This document shows positions 31,319-41,179 of a stretch of DNA of 64,000 nucleotides, in pieces. A program made the position numbers and the translations under genes. Source of the DNA: an uncultured Clostridia bacterium (lineage in GTDB: Bacteria; Bacillota; Clostridia; TANB77; CAG-508); contig CAQUUC010000004.1 in assembly GCA_948896235.1 (NCBI GenBank), positions 65,554 to 129,553 on the forward strand, in the 5' to 3' direction. Numbering within the stretch: the first letter of the stretch is position 1; every line of letters begins with the position of its first letter. The notes below the pieces were generated by a model. The model was not told the origin of the DNA. It was given only the letters and a program-made list of their open reading frames with translations, and ran no database searches.

Positions 31319-32420
31319 TTAATGTGCCATACCCCAAAGCTTCATTGAATTTGATTTCATCGCCAATGTTAATATTGGACCAATCTTCAAAAGAAAAAGT
31401 ATATGTTTTTTCTTTTTCTTTTATAAAACCGGTAACATAGTACTCTTCAGTTTTAGACCCAGTCCGTTCATCATCAGCAAGAGTAACTTTACCCCAATAG
31501 GGGGTATCGGTTGTACCAGAAGTTTTTACACTTCGTTCATAGATCCATTTATCGATTTCATAATAATACTTAGTATCATACACAGGAACACTGATATAAA
31601 CTGGTTCTTCGTATTCTTCCTCATAATATTCAGTTCGATAAATTGGAATTTGTGAAGTGATTTCTTCTGCATACCCATTGCCCAAATCCCTATAACCTGT
31701 CACTACTTCCTCGTATCCATCTAAGACTTCTTCACTTACAGTACGAGTCTTGGTTTCATAGTGATCAACAACTTGGTCATACCCTGAAATTTCTTCTTGG
31801 GTATAATGCAAGCGAGCACCAGATGGTAACGACCAGCCGCTTTCGTCAACTGTTTGAAGTCGATCAATGTTGATAGACCGTTCCCAAGATAAAGCAGTAA
31901 CTTGCATAGTTTTCTCTTTAGGGATAAGAGCATATACAAGTCCAGAAAATCCCAGAATAGATAATAAAACAATAATGATAATCTGGAAATTAAATCTTGA
32001 GGCTAAGGTACTATGGAGTTTTTTGGAAGCATTACTTTTGGGTGATGAAGAAGGGGCAGTGTTGGTATCAGAATAATGAGAGTCAGTATCATACACAGAA
32101 GTTTTTGTTTCTGCTACTTTCTCTTTTTGAATCTCAAAATAGTTCTTGCTCTCATTTGTTCTTGGAGCACCGCATGACACACAAACAGAATCGTTATCTG
32201 AGTTGTAAGAGTCGCAGAAATTACATCTCCAATGAGGATTTCTGTTTATGTGTACTGCTTCTTCATCTGATACATAGTTACTCTTTACGTCGCCAGGTAG
32301 ATGATACTTCAAATCTTTACCCATAGGCTGTCCACAATTCGGACATTCCCGTAAAGGGCCACTAATGCCTTTAGTTCCGCAGAATGGACAATCCCATTCC
32401 ATTTTAATTAATCTTCCCAT
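31302..32420 (-). CDS. Membrane protein with N-terminal tandem zinc-ribbon domains
   Basis: CPFCG..CPNCG and CNFCD..CVSCG zinc ribbons, central TM helix, extracellular Tyr/Glu-rich domain. Strong RBS AGGAGG. Confidence 0.6.
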   Translation of the reverse strand: MGRLIKMEWDCPFCGTKGISGPLRECPNCGQPMGKDLKYHLPGDVKSNYVSDEEAVHINRNPHWRCNFCDSYNSDNDSVCVSCGAPRTNESKNYFEIQKEKVAETKTSVYDTDSHYSDTNTAPSSSPKSNASKKLHSTLASRFNFQIIIIVLLSILGFSGLVYALIPKEKTMQVTALSWERSINIDRLQTVDESGWSLPSGARLHYTQEEISGYDQVVDHYETKTRTVSEEVLDGYEEVVTGYRDLGNGYAEEITSQIPIYRTEYYEEEYEEPVYISVPVYDTKYYYEIDKWIYERSVKTSGTTDTPYWGKVTLADDERTGSKTEEYYVTGFIKEKEKTYTFSFEDWSNINIGDEIKFNEALGYGTLIKEDS

Positions 32421-32661
32421 ACTCTTCCTCCTAAAATAATATAATCTTCTTGTAAATATTCATAAAAGCCAATACAGGAATAAATAAAAGAAGTTATATA
32501 AATTATAGCATGCTTTATGTAACTTTACAACATATAATTAGAATTTATATTATAGCAATACACAAAAATTGACAAAAAGAACAAAATGTATTGAAATTGA
32601 TACGAACATATGTTACATTAGTAATGCCTTTCTATAAAAGGTAGAAGGGAGGTACATAAAA

Positions 32662-32730
32662 ATGCGAAACTTACTAAAACTATTAGCACTCATTATAGTT
32701 TACTTAATTGTAAATGATAATAAAGACTAA
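32662..32730 (+). CDS. Small hydrophobic peptide, 22 aa (MRNLLKLLALIIVYLIVNDNKD); Fst-like type I toxin candidate
   Basis: Strong RBS GAAGGGAGG 8 nt upstream. TM helix plus acidic tail. Followed by a bidirectional terminator. Its SD/start region (GGTACATA..TGCGAAACTTACT) is duplicated about 120 nt downstream inside a convergent promoter-driven antisense transcript. Confidence 0.45.
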   Translation: MRNLLKLLALIIVYLIVNDNKD

Positions 32731-32735
32731 TAGTA

Positions 32736-32770
32736 AAAGACTAAGGACTGGCATCCTTAGTCTTTTTTAT
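32736..32770. terminator. Bidirectional terminator shared by peptide mRNA and convergent antisense RNA
   Basis: AAGACTAAGGA ctggca TCCTTAGTCTT, followed by TTTTTT on the plus strand and preceded by an A/T-rich run. Confidence 0.5.
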
Positions 32771-32806
32771 TGCGGTACATATTTGCGAAACTTACTGCAA
32801 TATTAC
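32736..32806 (-). ncRNA. Putative antisense small RNA (type I antitoxin candidate), about 70 nt
   Basis: Transcribed from the minus-strand promoter at 32813-32842. It contains the reverse complement of the duplicated GGTACATATTTGCGAAACTTACT segment, so it can pair with the SD and start codon of the peptide mRNA. Ends at the shared terminator. Confidence 0.4.
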
Positions 32807-32812
32807 AATAAT

Positions 32813-32842
32813 AGTATACTATATTTTCTACTATATGTCAAA
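32813..32842 (-). promoter_or_regulatory. Putative sigma-A promoter on minus strand (TTGACA-18-TATACT) for the antisense RNA
   Basis: Reverse complement shows TTGACAtatagtagaaaatatagTATACT, located between the clpE stop and the repeat copy. Confidence 0.4.
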
Positions 32843-32878
32843 TTTTCTAAAAGTTTTATGGAATAATTTTCATATTTT

Positions 32879-35167
32879 TTATTTCTTATTAAAAGTCAAT
32901 GTATCATTTGAATAGTCGACAATAACATTTTCGCCTTCTACTAATTCAGTACGTAAAATCATTTCACTTAAAACATCTTCTATATATCTTTGGATAGCAC
33001 GTCTTAAAGGTCTTGCTCCATATTTATAATCTGTACCTTTACTTAATAAGTACTCTTTTGCAGAAATTGTTACTTCTAAAGAAATGTTTTTATTTTGTAG
33101 AGCCTTTTTAGTATCTTCAAGCATAATATCTACAATTTGTAGTAATTGTTCTTTATTTAAACTATCAAAGATAATAATTTCATCAATTCTATTTAAAAAT
33201 TCTGGTCTAAAAGTTTCTTTTAAGCTATCCATAGTTTTATTTTTATCCATAGTTTGTTTTCCAAAACCAATAGAATTTCCATTTAAATTTGAACCAGCAT
33301 TTGAAGTCATTATAATAATAGTATTTTCAAAACTTACAGTATTCCCTTGAGAATCAGTTAATTTTCCATCATCTAAAACTTGAAGAAGAATATTAAATAC
33401 ATCATGGTGGGCTTTTTCAATTTCATCAAACAATACAATTGAATATGGATTTCTCTTAACCTTTTCAGTTAACTGCCCTGCATCATCATAACCAACATAT
33501 CCAGGAGGAGAACCAATAAGTTTAGAAGTAGAATGACTTTCCATATATTCAGACATATCTATTCTAATAATAGAATCTTCCTTACCAAACATTTCATATG
33601 CTAAAGATTTTGCAAGTTCAGTTTTACCAACACCAGTAGGTCCAACAAATATAAAAGAAGGTGGTCTTTTTGTACTCTTTAAACCAGCACGATTTCTTCT
33701 AATAGCACGTGATACAGCTGAAACTGCTTCATTTTGTCCAACAACTCGTTTATGAAGGTTATTTTCAAGACTAAGTAATTTTTCGGTTTCTTCTTGAGTA
33801 ATTTTCTTAACAGGAATTTTAGTCCAATTTTCAATAACAAGAGCAATATCTTGAATAGTTAATTGTTTAGGCTTTAATTTATTACTTAAAGTATCAATTT
33901 CTTCTTGTAATCTACATTCTTTAGTTTTAAGGTCAGCAGCTTTTTGGTAATCCTCAGTAGAATCAGCATCAGCTGCTTCTTCTTTTTCTTCTTGAACTTT
34001 TTTAAGCTGATTTTTTAGTATTTCCAATTTATATAAATCCTTATTATCTAAATTAATTCTAGAGCAAGCTTCGTCTAAAATATCTATTGCTTTATCAGGC
34101 AAAAATCTATCATGAATATACTTTTCAGACATTATAACAGCATTTGAGATTACATCATTTGAAATCTTAACTTTATGATAATCTTCGTAATATTTTTTAA
34201 TTCCTTCTAGTATTTTTATTGTATCTTCCACATTTGGTTCTTCAACAATAACAGGTTGAAATCTTCTTTCTAATGCAGTATCTTTTTCAATATATTTTCT
34301 ATATTCTCTAAGAGTAGTAGTACCAATAAGTTGAATATCACCATTTGCTAAAGAAGGTTTCAAAATATTTGCAGCATTAGTTGCATTTTCAGCATCACCT
34401 GCACCCATAATATTATGAATTTCATCAATTACTAAAATAATATTACCACACGCTTTACATTCATCAATAATAGCCTTCATACGTGCTTCAAATTGGCCTC
34501 TAAACTGAGTTCCAGCAATAACTGCTGTCATATCTAGTAGATATACTTCTTTGTTTAAAAGTTTTGCAGGTACTTTTGAATTTGCAATTTTAATAGCAAG
34601 ACCCTGTGCAATAGCAGTTTTACCAACACCAGGTTCACCAATTAAACAAGGGTTATTTTTAAGACGTCTATTTAAAACTTGTATAATTCTTTGGATTTCT
34701 CTATCCCTTCCAATAACAATATCAAGTTCGTTATTACGAGCTTTAGAGGTTAAATTTGTTCCGTAAGTATCTAAATATTTAGTCTTTTTTTGTTTATTAA
34801 TTTTTTTATCTACTTTAACCTTTTTATTAGAATTACTAGAAGACTCTTGCTCTTTATTTTCTTGTTTAACTCCAAAAATAGCACCAAGAGGAATAGCAGT
34901 ACCATTCATACCGTCAAGACTTAAGTCACTATTGGATAAAGTTTCAGTTATATCTTTAAAAATATCTTCAAATTGACTTGACATATCTTCTAAATTAACT
35001 TTATCCCCATCTAAAATATTAGACTGATTTGCAAGTACTTCTAAAGGATTGATCCCTTTTTCTTTTGCACAATTATAGCAAAAACCATCTAATTTATCTT
35101 CACCATTATCCTCTTTATTATTAACAAAAATGATAGCGGGATTTTTCTTACATATTGAACATAACAT
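32879..35167 (-). CDS. clpE: ATP-dependent Clp protease ATP-binding subunit ClpE (N-terminal zinc finger, two AAA+ modules)
   Basis: N-terminal CxxC...CxxC zinc finger (MLCSICKK..CYNCAKE). Two Walker A/B nucleotide-binding domains (GEPGVGKT; GPTGVGKT). ClpP-binding loop region. Start chosen at the internal Met (MLCSIC) with RBS GGAGAAAT. Confidence 0.85.
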   Translation of the reverse strand: MLCSICKKNPAIIFVNNKEDNGEDKLDGFCYNCAKEKGINPLEVLANQSNILDGDKVNLEDMSSQFEDIFKDITETLSNSDLSLDGMNGTAIPLGAIFGVKQENKEQESSSNSNKKVKVDKKINKQKKTKYLDTYGTNLTSKARNNELDIVIGRDREIQRIIQVLNRRLKNNPCLIGEPGVGKTAIAQGLAIKIANSKVPAKLLNKEVYLLDMTAVIAGTQFRGQFEARMKAIIDECKACGNIILVIDEIHNIMGAGDAENATNAANILKPSLANGDIQLIGTTTLREYRKYIEKDTALERRFQPVIVEEPNVEDTIKILEGIKKYYEDYHKVKISNDVISNAVIMSEKYIHDRFLPDKAIDILDEACSRINLDNKDLYKLEILKNQLKKVQEEKEEAADADSTEDYQKAADLKTKECRLQEEIDTLSNKLKPKQLTIQDIALVIENWTKIPVKKITQEETEKLLSLENNLHKRVVGQNEAVSAVSRAIRRNRAGLKSTKRPPSFIFVGPTGVGKTELAKSLAYEMFGKEDSIIRIDMSEYMESHSTSKLIGSPPGYVGYDDAGQLTEKVKRNPYSIVLFDEIEKAHHDVFNILLQVLDDGKLTDSQGNTVSFENTIIIMTSNAGSNLNGNSIGFGKQTMDKNKTMDSLKETFRPEFLNRIDEIIIFDSLNKEQLLQIVDIMLEDTKKALQNKNISLEVTISAKEYLLSKGTDYKYGARPLRRAIQRYIEDVLSEMILRTELVEGENVIVDYSNDTLTFNKK

Positions 35168-35337
35168 ATAAATATTTCTCCAATCTAATTTAAGCATTTA
35201 ATTTTCTACCAAAATATAATACATTAAATATAGCTAAAAGTCAAGGAAAATAAGGAATTCTTAATGTGTACGTTTTGTGAAAAATTTAGGTATAATTCCA
35301 AAAAAGGTAACAATACTATAAACAGGAGTTGATTATT

Positions 35338-35478
35338 TTGAAAGATATTAAAGAAAAAATACTTGAATTAATAGAAGAAATAGATGAAATGATAAGAAAT
35401 AATGTAGATAAGAAAAAGATTGAAATTAAGAGAAAGGAATTAGATAAATTATTGCTTATATATATTAAAGACATCTAA
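35338..35478 (+). CDS. Spo0E-like sporulation regulatory protein (aspartyl-phosphate phosphatase family), 46 aa, TTG start
   Basis: Not in the ORF track (TTG start). RBS AGGAG 7 nt upstream. Sequence LKDIKEKILELIEEIDEMIRNNVDKKKIEIKRKELDKLLLIYIKDI carries the Spo0E-type (S/K)ELDKL(I/L) motif. Confidence 0.5.
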   Translation: MKDIKEKILELIEEIDEMIRNNVDKKKIEIKRKELDKLLLIYIKDI

Positions 35479-35574
35479 TGCAATAAAAACGAACAATATA
35501 CGCAAATAATTCATTTATACTATTAGAAAAATTTGTTAGCATATTAATATATTAGTAGATAAAGGTGATAATAA

Positions 35575-35916
35575 ATGAAGAAAAAAAGTATAATAACAAT
35601 TGGAGAAAACTTACAAAAGATTAGAAAGAGTAACGGATATACGCAAGAAATGTTAGCAGAAAAATTGGAATGCTCTACAAGATACATAAGTGATGTAGAA
35701 CAAAATAATTCTAAACCTTCTTATGAAATATTAATTAAGTTTTGTAATGTTTTTAATATTGGACTAGATGATATATTTAAAGATTATTTAAATATAGATA
35801 AAGGTAGAATTGTTAACTACGAGCTAAATGGATATGAGAATTTGAAAACAAAAGATAAAAGTACAATAGCACATTTAATCAGTTTCTTTAATAAAGAAAT
35901 TAATAATAAGAAATAA
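35575..35916 (+). CDS. XRE-family helix-turn-helix transcriptional regulator
   Basis: N-terminal HTH_XRE (GENLQKIRKSNGYTQEMLAEKLECSTRYISDVEQNNSKPSYEILIKFCNVFNI). Confidence 0.75.
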   Translation: MKKKSIITIGENLQKIRKSNGYTQEMLAEKLECSTRYISDVEQNNSKPSYEILIKFCNVFNIGLDDIFKDYLNIDKGRIVNYELNGYENLKTKDKSTIAHLISFFNKEINNKK

Positions 35917-35941
35917 ATTCTTAAAAAAATATAAAAAGTGG

Positions 35942-36110
35942 TTGACAGCTTAGCATATATGAGATATAATAATTACATTCTTAAAAGAAGAAGTCATCCG
36001 CTTCTCACCTTATCTAATTTGGGAGAAAGGTTATAAACAATAGTTTATAGTGCTAATTGATTAGCATGGGTTTTAAAGTGGATTGACTAAAAAGTCAATC
36101 TTATTTTTTT
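35942..36110 (+). promoter_or_regulatory. infC-rpmI-rplT promoter (TTGACA-17-TATAAT) and L20-leader-type 5' UTR with terminator/attenuator hairpin
   Basis: Consensus promoter at 35942-35970. About 130 nt structured leader ends in GATTGACTAAAAAGTCAATC plus a T-run immediately before the infC RBS, the typical L20 autoregulatory leader arrangement in Firmicutes. Confidence 0.6.
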
Positions 36111-36123
36111 GGAGGTGTTTTAT

Positions 36124-36639
36124 ATAAAACAAGAATTACCAATTAATGAACAAATACGTTTAAAACAAATACAACTAATTGATGACGAAGGTCAAAAAAG
36201 AGGAACAATGGATACGCATGAAGCTTTAGAAATTGCGTATGAGAAAAACTTAGATTTAGTATTAGTGGCACCAAATGGAAATCCACCTGTTTGTAAAATA
36301 ATGAACTATGGTAAATACAAATTTGAACAAGCGAAAAAAGAAAAAGAAGCAAAGAAAAAGCAAAAAACCTTCGAACTAAAAGAACTTAGAATTACACCAA
36401 ATACAGAGGAACATGATTTTAATTTCAAAGCAAAAAATGCTAGAAAATTCATTGAAGATGGATGTAAAGTGAAAATTACAGTTCGTTTTAGAGGAAGAGA
36501 ATTAAACTATGTAAAACAAGGTGAAACTATATTAAATCAATTTATAGAAGAATTATCTGATATTGCTACACCTGAAAAAAAACCTGTATTAGAAGGTAAA
36601 AATATGTTTATTATATTAGCTAAAAAAGCTGAAAAATAA
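36124..36639 (+). CDS. infC: Translation initiation factor IF-3 (non-AUG start, probably AUA at 36124)
   Basis: LPINEQIRLKQIQLIDDEGQ...NPPVCKIMNYGKYKFEQ matches IF-3 end to end. SD GGAGGTG sits 6 nt before ATA. IF-3 genes characteristically use AUU/AUA starts. Confidence 0.85.
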   Translation: MKQELPINEQIRLKQIQLIDDEGQKRGTMDTHEALEIAYEKNLDLVLVAPNGNPPVCKIMNYGKYKFEQAKKEKEAKKKQKTFELKELRITPNTEEHDFNFKAKNARKFIEDGCKVKITVRFRGRELNYVKQGETILNQFIEELSDIATPEKKPVLEGKNMFIILAKKAEK

Positions 36640-36669
36640 TATAAAAGTAATGGAAGGGAGTTTTAGATT

Positions 36670-36870
36670 ATGGCAAAATTAAAAACAAATAAAGCTGCAA
36701 GTAAAAGATATAAATATACAGCTACAGGAAAAGTAAAAAGAACAACAGCAAACGGAAGACATAGATTAGCAACAAAAACACCTAGACAAAAAATGTCTAG
36801 AAAGGCTAACACTTATGCTGATAAAACAGTAGAAGCAGGAATTAAAAAATTATTACCATACGGTAACTAG
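36670..36870 (+). CDS. rpmI: 50S ribosomal protein L35
   Basis: MAKLKTNKAASKRYKYTATGKVKR... is the L35 signature. 66 aa. Confidence 0.9.
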   Translation: MAKLKTNKAASKRYKYTATGKVKRTTANGRHRLATKTPRQKMSRKANTYADKTVEAGIKKLLPYGN

Positions 36871-36906
36871 AATTCGGGTATAAAGGTAGAAAGGAGAAAA
36901 TAAAAA

Positions 36907-37257
36907 ATGGCAAGAGTAAAAAGTGCAATTATAACACGTAAAAAACATAAAAAAATATTAAAAAGAGCAAAAGGATATTATGGAGCAAAACATTACAGAT
37001 TTAGAATGGCAAAACAAGCTGTTATGAAATCAGGAATGTATGCATATGTAGGAAGAAAAGATAAAAAGAGTAATTTTAGAAAATTATGGATAACAAGAAT
37101 TAATGCAGCAGCAAGAATGAATGGTTTAACATATTCTAAATTAATCTCAGGATTAAAAAAAGCAAATGTTACAATTAATAGAAAAATGCTTGCAGAAATA
37201 GCTGTAACAGATATGGCTGCATTCGCAAAAATAGCTGAAATTGCAAAAAATGCGTAA
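36907..37257 (+). CDS. rplT: 50S ribosomal protein L20
   Basis: [28 protein letters not shown]... is the L20 signature. 116 aa. Confidence 0.9.
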   Translation: MARVKSAIITRKKHKKILKRAKGYYGAKHYRFRMAKQAVMKSGMYAYVGRKDKKSNFRKLWITRINAAARMNGLTYSKLISGLKKANVTINRKMLAEIAVTDMAAFAKIAEIAKNA

Positions 37258-37358
37258 GATTTTAAATAAAAGGTTACATTTAAAAAGTAGCCTTTTATTT
37301 TTATATTAAGCTATCTATAAAGGATGAGTTTATGTTATAATTATAAATAGGGAGTATT

Positions 37359-37943
37359 ATGAAAAGAAAAATTAAATTAATTATATGTATAATAGTAATT
37401 ACCTTTTTAGTAGTATCGATATCTTTATCAATAGGATATTTGATAGAAAAAAATAATAAGTTGGGTAATTATAAATTAGTTGGTGGAATAATAACAGAAT
37501 TTGGACAAAATTATCTAGAAAATGTAACACATCATATAGATACTACAAATAATTTAAATACAGTAAGTAATACGGAAAATATGAGTGAAGAAGAATATCA
37601 GAAGGCTTTAAAACAAAAAAGTATTGATAATGTAAGTATAAAAATAAAAGAGGAAACAATTACAAAAAAAGGTGCAACATTTAGTATTACAGATAAAAAC
37701 AAAATACATTATTTATTTGGAAAGTATTACAGAATTGACAAAAAGAATGGTGATAAATGGGAATATTTAAAACCAATATCTAATGAAATAATTTGGGAAC
37801 TTACCGCATGGACGTCAATATATGATGAATATGATTATAGGGTAGACTGGTCAGAGATTTATGGAGAATTAGAGAGTGGAGAATATAGACTTATGAAAGA
37901 AATAGACGATATAGAGATATATGCTGAATTTACAATAAAATAA
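37359..37943 (+). CDS. Hypothetical N-terminally anchored extracytoplasmic protein
   Basis: 194 aa ORF with an N-terminal TM helix. No family recognised. Confidence 0.45.
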   Translation: MKRKIKLIICIIVITFLVVSISLSIGYLIEKNNKLGNYKLVGGIITEFGQNYLENVTHHIDTTNNLNTVSNTENMSEEEYQKALKQKSIDNVSIKIKEETITKKGATFSITDKNKIHYLFGKYYRIDKKNGDKWEYLKPISNEIIWELTAWTSIYDEYDYRVDWSEIYGELESGEYRLMKEIDDIEIYAEFTIK

Positions 37944-37976
37944 TAGGATTGCAAATTGCAATCCTATTGTTTTTTC
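37942..37976. terminator. Perfect palindromic bidirectional terminator (AATAGGATTGCAA/TTGCAATCCTATT)
   Basis: 13 bp perfect inverted repeat plus a T-run. Overlaps the spoVAEb stop. Confidence 0.55.
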
Positions 37977-38323
37977 ATTTTAGGTTTAGAAATAAGAGAT
38001 GCAATATAGCCAAAGAATATTGCAGCAGCAATACCTCCTGCAGCAGCTTTGGTTCCACCAATAAATGCACCAACGAGTCCAGATTTTCCTACTTCTTCAA
38101 TAGCACCTTTTGCAAGAGCATTACCGAAACCAGTTAATGGAACAGTTGCGCCACATCCTGCAAAATCAACTATATGTTGATAAATTCCAAGTCCCCCTAA
38201 GATAGCACCAGTCGTAACAAATATAACTAAAATTCTTGCAGGAGTTAATTTAGTTTTATCAATTAAAATTTGACCAATTATACAAATAAGTCCACCTACA
38301 ACAAAACATCTTAGCATTTGCAT
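37964..38323 (-). CDS. spoVAEb: Stage V sporulation protein AE (SpoVAEb)
   Basis: 119 aa multi-TM protein with the Gly-rich SpoVAC/SpoVAEb family signature (GATVPLTGFGNALAKGA). Confidence 0.75.
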   Translation of the reverse strand: MQMLRCFVVGGLICIIGQILIDKTKLTPARILVIFVTTGAILGGLGIYQHIVDFAGCGATVPLTGFGNALAKGAIEEVGKSGLVGAFIGGTKAAAGGIAAAIFFGYIASLISKPKMKKQ

Positions 38324-38390
38324 CCAATCTATACTTCCGAAAAAATTCCATAATTGTAATCTCCTTTATTTTTATATTATATATTAAAGC

Positions 38391-39397
<1,007 letters not shown>

Positions 39398-39426
39398 TAA
39401 AAATCACCTTTCCCTAAATCTTAAAT

Positions 39427-39891
39427 TTATACAAGAGTTATAGCTTGTGTATTAAAAATTAAATACACGATACCTACTACAATTGAAGCTGATATACCAA
39501 ATACTAAAACCGGACCTGCAACAGTAAACATTTTTCCACCAACTCCCATTACATATCCTTCAGATTTATATTCCATTGCAGGTGAAACTATGGAATTTGC
39601 AAAACCTGTGATAGGAACAAGTGAACCTGCACCTGCAAATTTGCCAATTTTATTAAATAAGTTTAATCCTGTTAAAAATGCACTAATTCCAATTAGTATA
39701 ATAGAAACTATAGTATTAGAAAGTTGTACATCCATCCCACGGAATTTACAATAATTAAAAATAATTTGACCAATAGAACAAATTAGTCCGCCAACCCAAA
39801 ATGCATTAAAGCAGTTTTTTATAATAGGAGAATTAGGCGACTTTTTATCTACATAGTCCTGATAATCTTTTTTTGTTTCAATAGGTTTCAT
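39427..39891 (-). CDS. spoVAC: Stage V sporulation protein AC
   Basis: 154 aa 4-TM protein with the SpoVAC signature (FWVGGLICSIGQII; GAGSLVPITGFANSIV). Confidence 0.8.
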   Translation of the reverse strand: MKPIETKKDYQDYVDKKSPNSPIIKNCFNAFWVGGLICSIGQIIFNYCKFRGMDVQLSNTIVSIILIGISAFLTGLNLFNKIGKFAGAGSLVPITGFANSIVSPAMEYKSEGYVMGVGGKMFTVAGPVLVFGISASIVVGIVYLIFNTQAITLV

Positions 39892-39905
39892 AGTATCCTC
39901 CTTTA

Positions 39906-40118
39906 CTAATCTCTATCTCTGTCAATTACAAAAGATAGATCTAAATCTACAGAATATTCTGTTATTTTTTTGCCATTTATTTTAGCCTTTTGTTCTAAAA
40001 CGGTAACACTAGTTAAATAATCAATAGTTTTAGAAGCTTCATTCACAGTTTGAACAATAGCATCTTTCCAAGAAACACTAGATGTTCCAGTTACTTTTAA
40101 ATGTTTTTCAACAGCCAT
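39906..40118 (-). CDS. Dodecin-family small flavin-binding protein, co-oriented 14 nt upstream of spoVAC
   Basis: 70 aa: KVTGTSSVSWKDAIVQTVNEASKTI..L..VTVLEQ..KINGKKITEYSVDLDLSF fits the dodecin fold pattern. Confidence 0.6.
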   Translation of the reverse strand: MAVEKHLKVTGTSSVSWKDAIVQTVNEASKTIDYLTSVTVLEQKAKINGKKITEYSVDLDLSFVIDRDRD

Positions 40119-40287
40119 GTATAATCACCCTCCGTTTTAATTAGATAAACATATATTTTCCAAAATTTTAAAGATTATACAAAATTTAAAAAAATAGTAA
40201 AAATCATAACTAATCATAAATTTACTTAAAATAATGAAAATTAAAATTAGTTGTGTTATAATAAAGCACGAAAAGGGGGAGATAAAA

Positions 40288-41178
40288 GTGGGACTAAAAG
40301 TAACAAATGTAACAAAAAGTTTTTTAGATAAAAAAGCAGTAGATAATATTTCATTTAGTATAGAATCACCAGGAGTTTTTGGACTACTTGGAACAAATGG
40401 AGCAGGAAAAACAACGACAATTAGAATGATGCTTGGAATAATAAAGAAAGATAGTGGAGAAATTACTTGGAAGGGAAAGGAAGTAACAAGAAAAAATGTT
40501 AATTTTGGATATTTGCCAGAAGAAAGGGGAATTTATCCAAAATCTAAAATAATGGATCAATTAGTTTATTTTGGAAAACTAAAAGGAATGAAAAAAGATG
40601 AAGCAATAGAAAAAGTAAAATATTGGGCAAAAAAACTAGAAGTAGAACAATATTTAGAAATGCCAGCAGAAAAATTATCAAAAGGAAATCAGCAAAAAGT
40701 TCAATTTATTATAGCAGTAATGCATAACCCTGAACTAATCATTTTAGATGAACCATTTAGCGGACTTGATCCAGTAAATGCTAAGATACTAAAAGATGTT
40801 ATTCTAGAACTTGTGAAAATGGGTAAATATATAGTTATGTCATCACACCAAATGACACAAATAGAAGAATTCTGTACTGATGTAGTAATTTTAAACAAAG
40901 GTGTAACAGTACTTAAAGGAAATTTAAAAGAAATAAAAAATAGTTATCCTTGTAATAAACTAGAAATTAGTACAAAAGAAAACATAGAGGATTACATAGA
41001 AAATGTAGGTTTAACAGTTAACTTTAGTAAAAATAATGAATACATTATTGATATTAATGGAGAAGAAAAAGCAAATGAATTATTAAAAACACTTACTTTA
41101 AATAATATAAAAATTATGAAATATGAATTAAAAAGACCAAGTCTACAAGATATATTTATTGAAAAGGTAGGTGAATAA
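40288..41178 (+). CDS. ABC transporter ATP-binding protein (ABC-2 exporter type)
   Basis: Walker A GTNGAGKTT, signature LSKGNQQK, Walker B ILDEP. GTG start at 40288 with RBS AAAAGGGGGA. Confidence 0.8.
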   Translation: MGLKVTNVTKSFLDKKAVDNISFSIESPGVFGLLGTNGAGKTTTIRMMLGIIKKDSGEITWKGKEVTRKNVNFGYLPEERGIYPKSKIMDQLVYFGKLKGMKKDEAIEKVKYWAKKLEVEQYLEMPAEKLSKGNQQKVQFIIAVMHNPELIILDEPFSGLDPVNAKILKDVILELVKMGKYIVMSSHQMTQIEEFCTDVVILNKGVTVLKGNLKEIKNSYPCNKLEISTKENIEDYIENVGLTVNFSKNNEYIIDINGEEKANELLKTLTLNNIKIMKYELKRPSLQDIFIEKVGE

Positions 41179-41179
41179 A

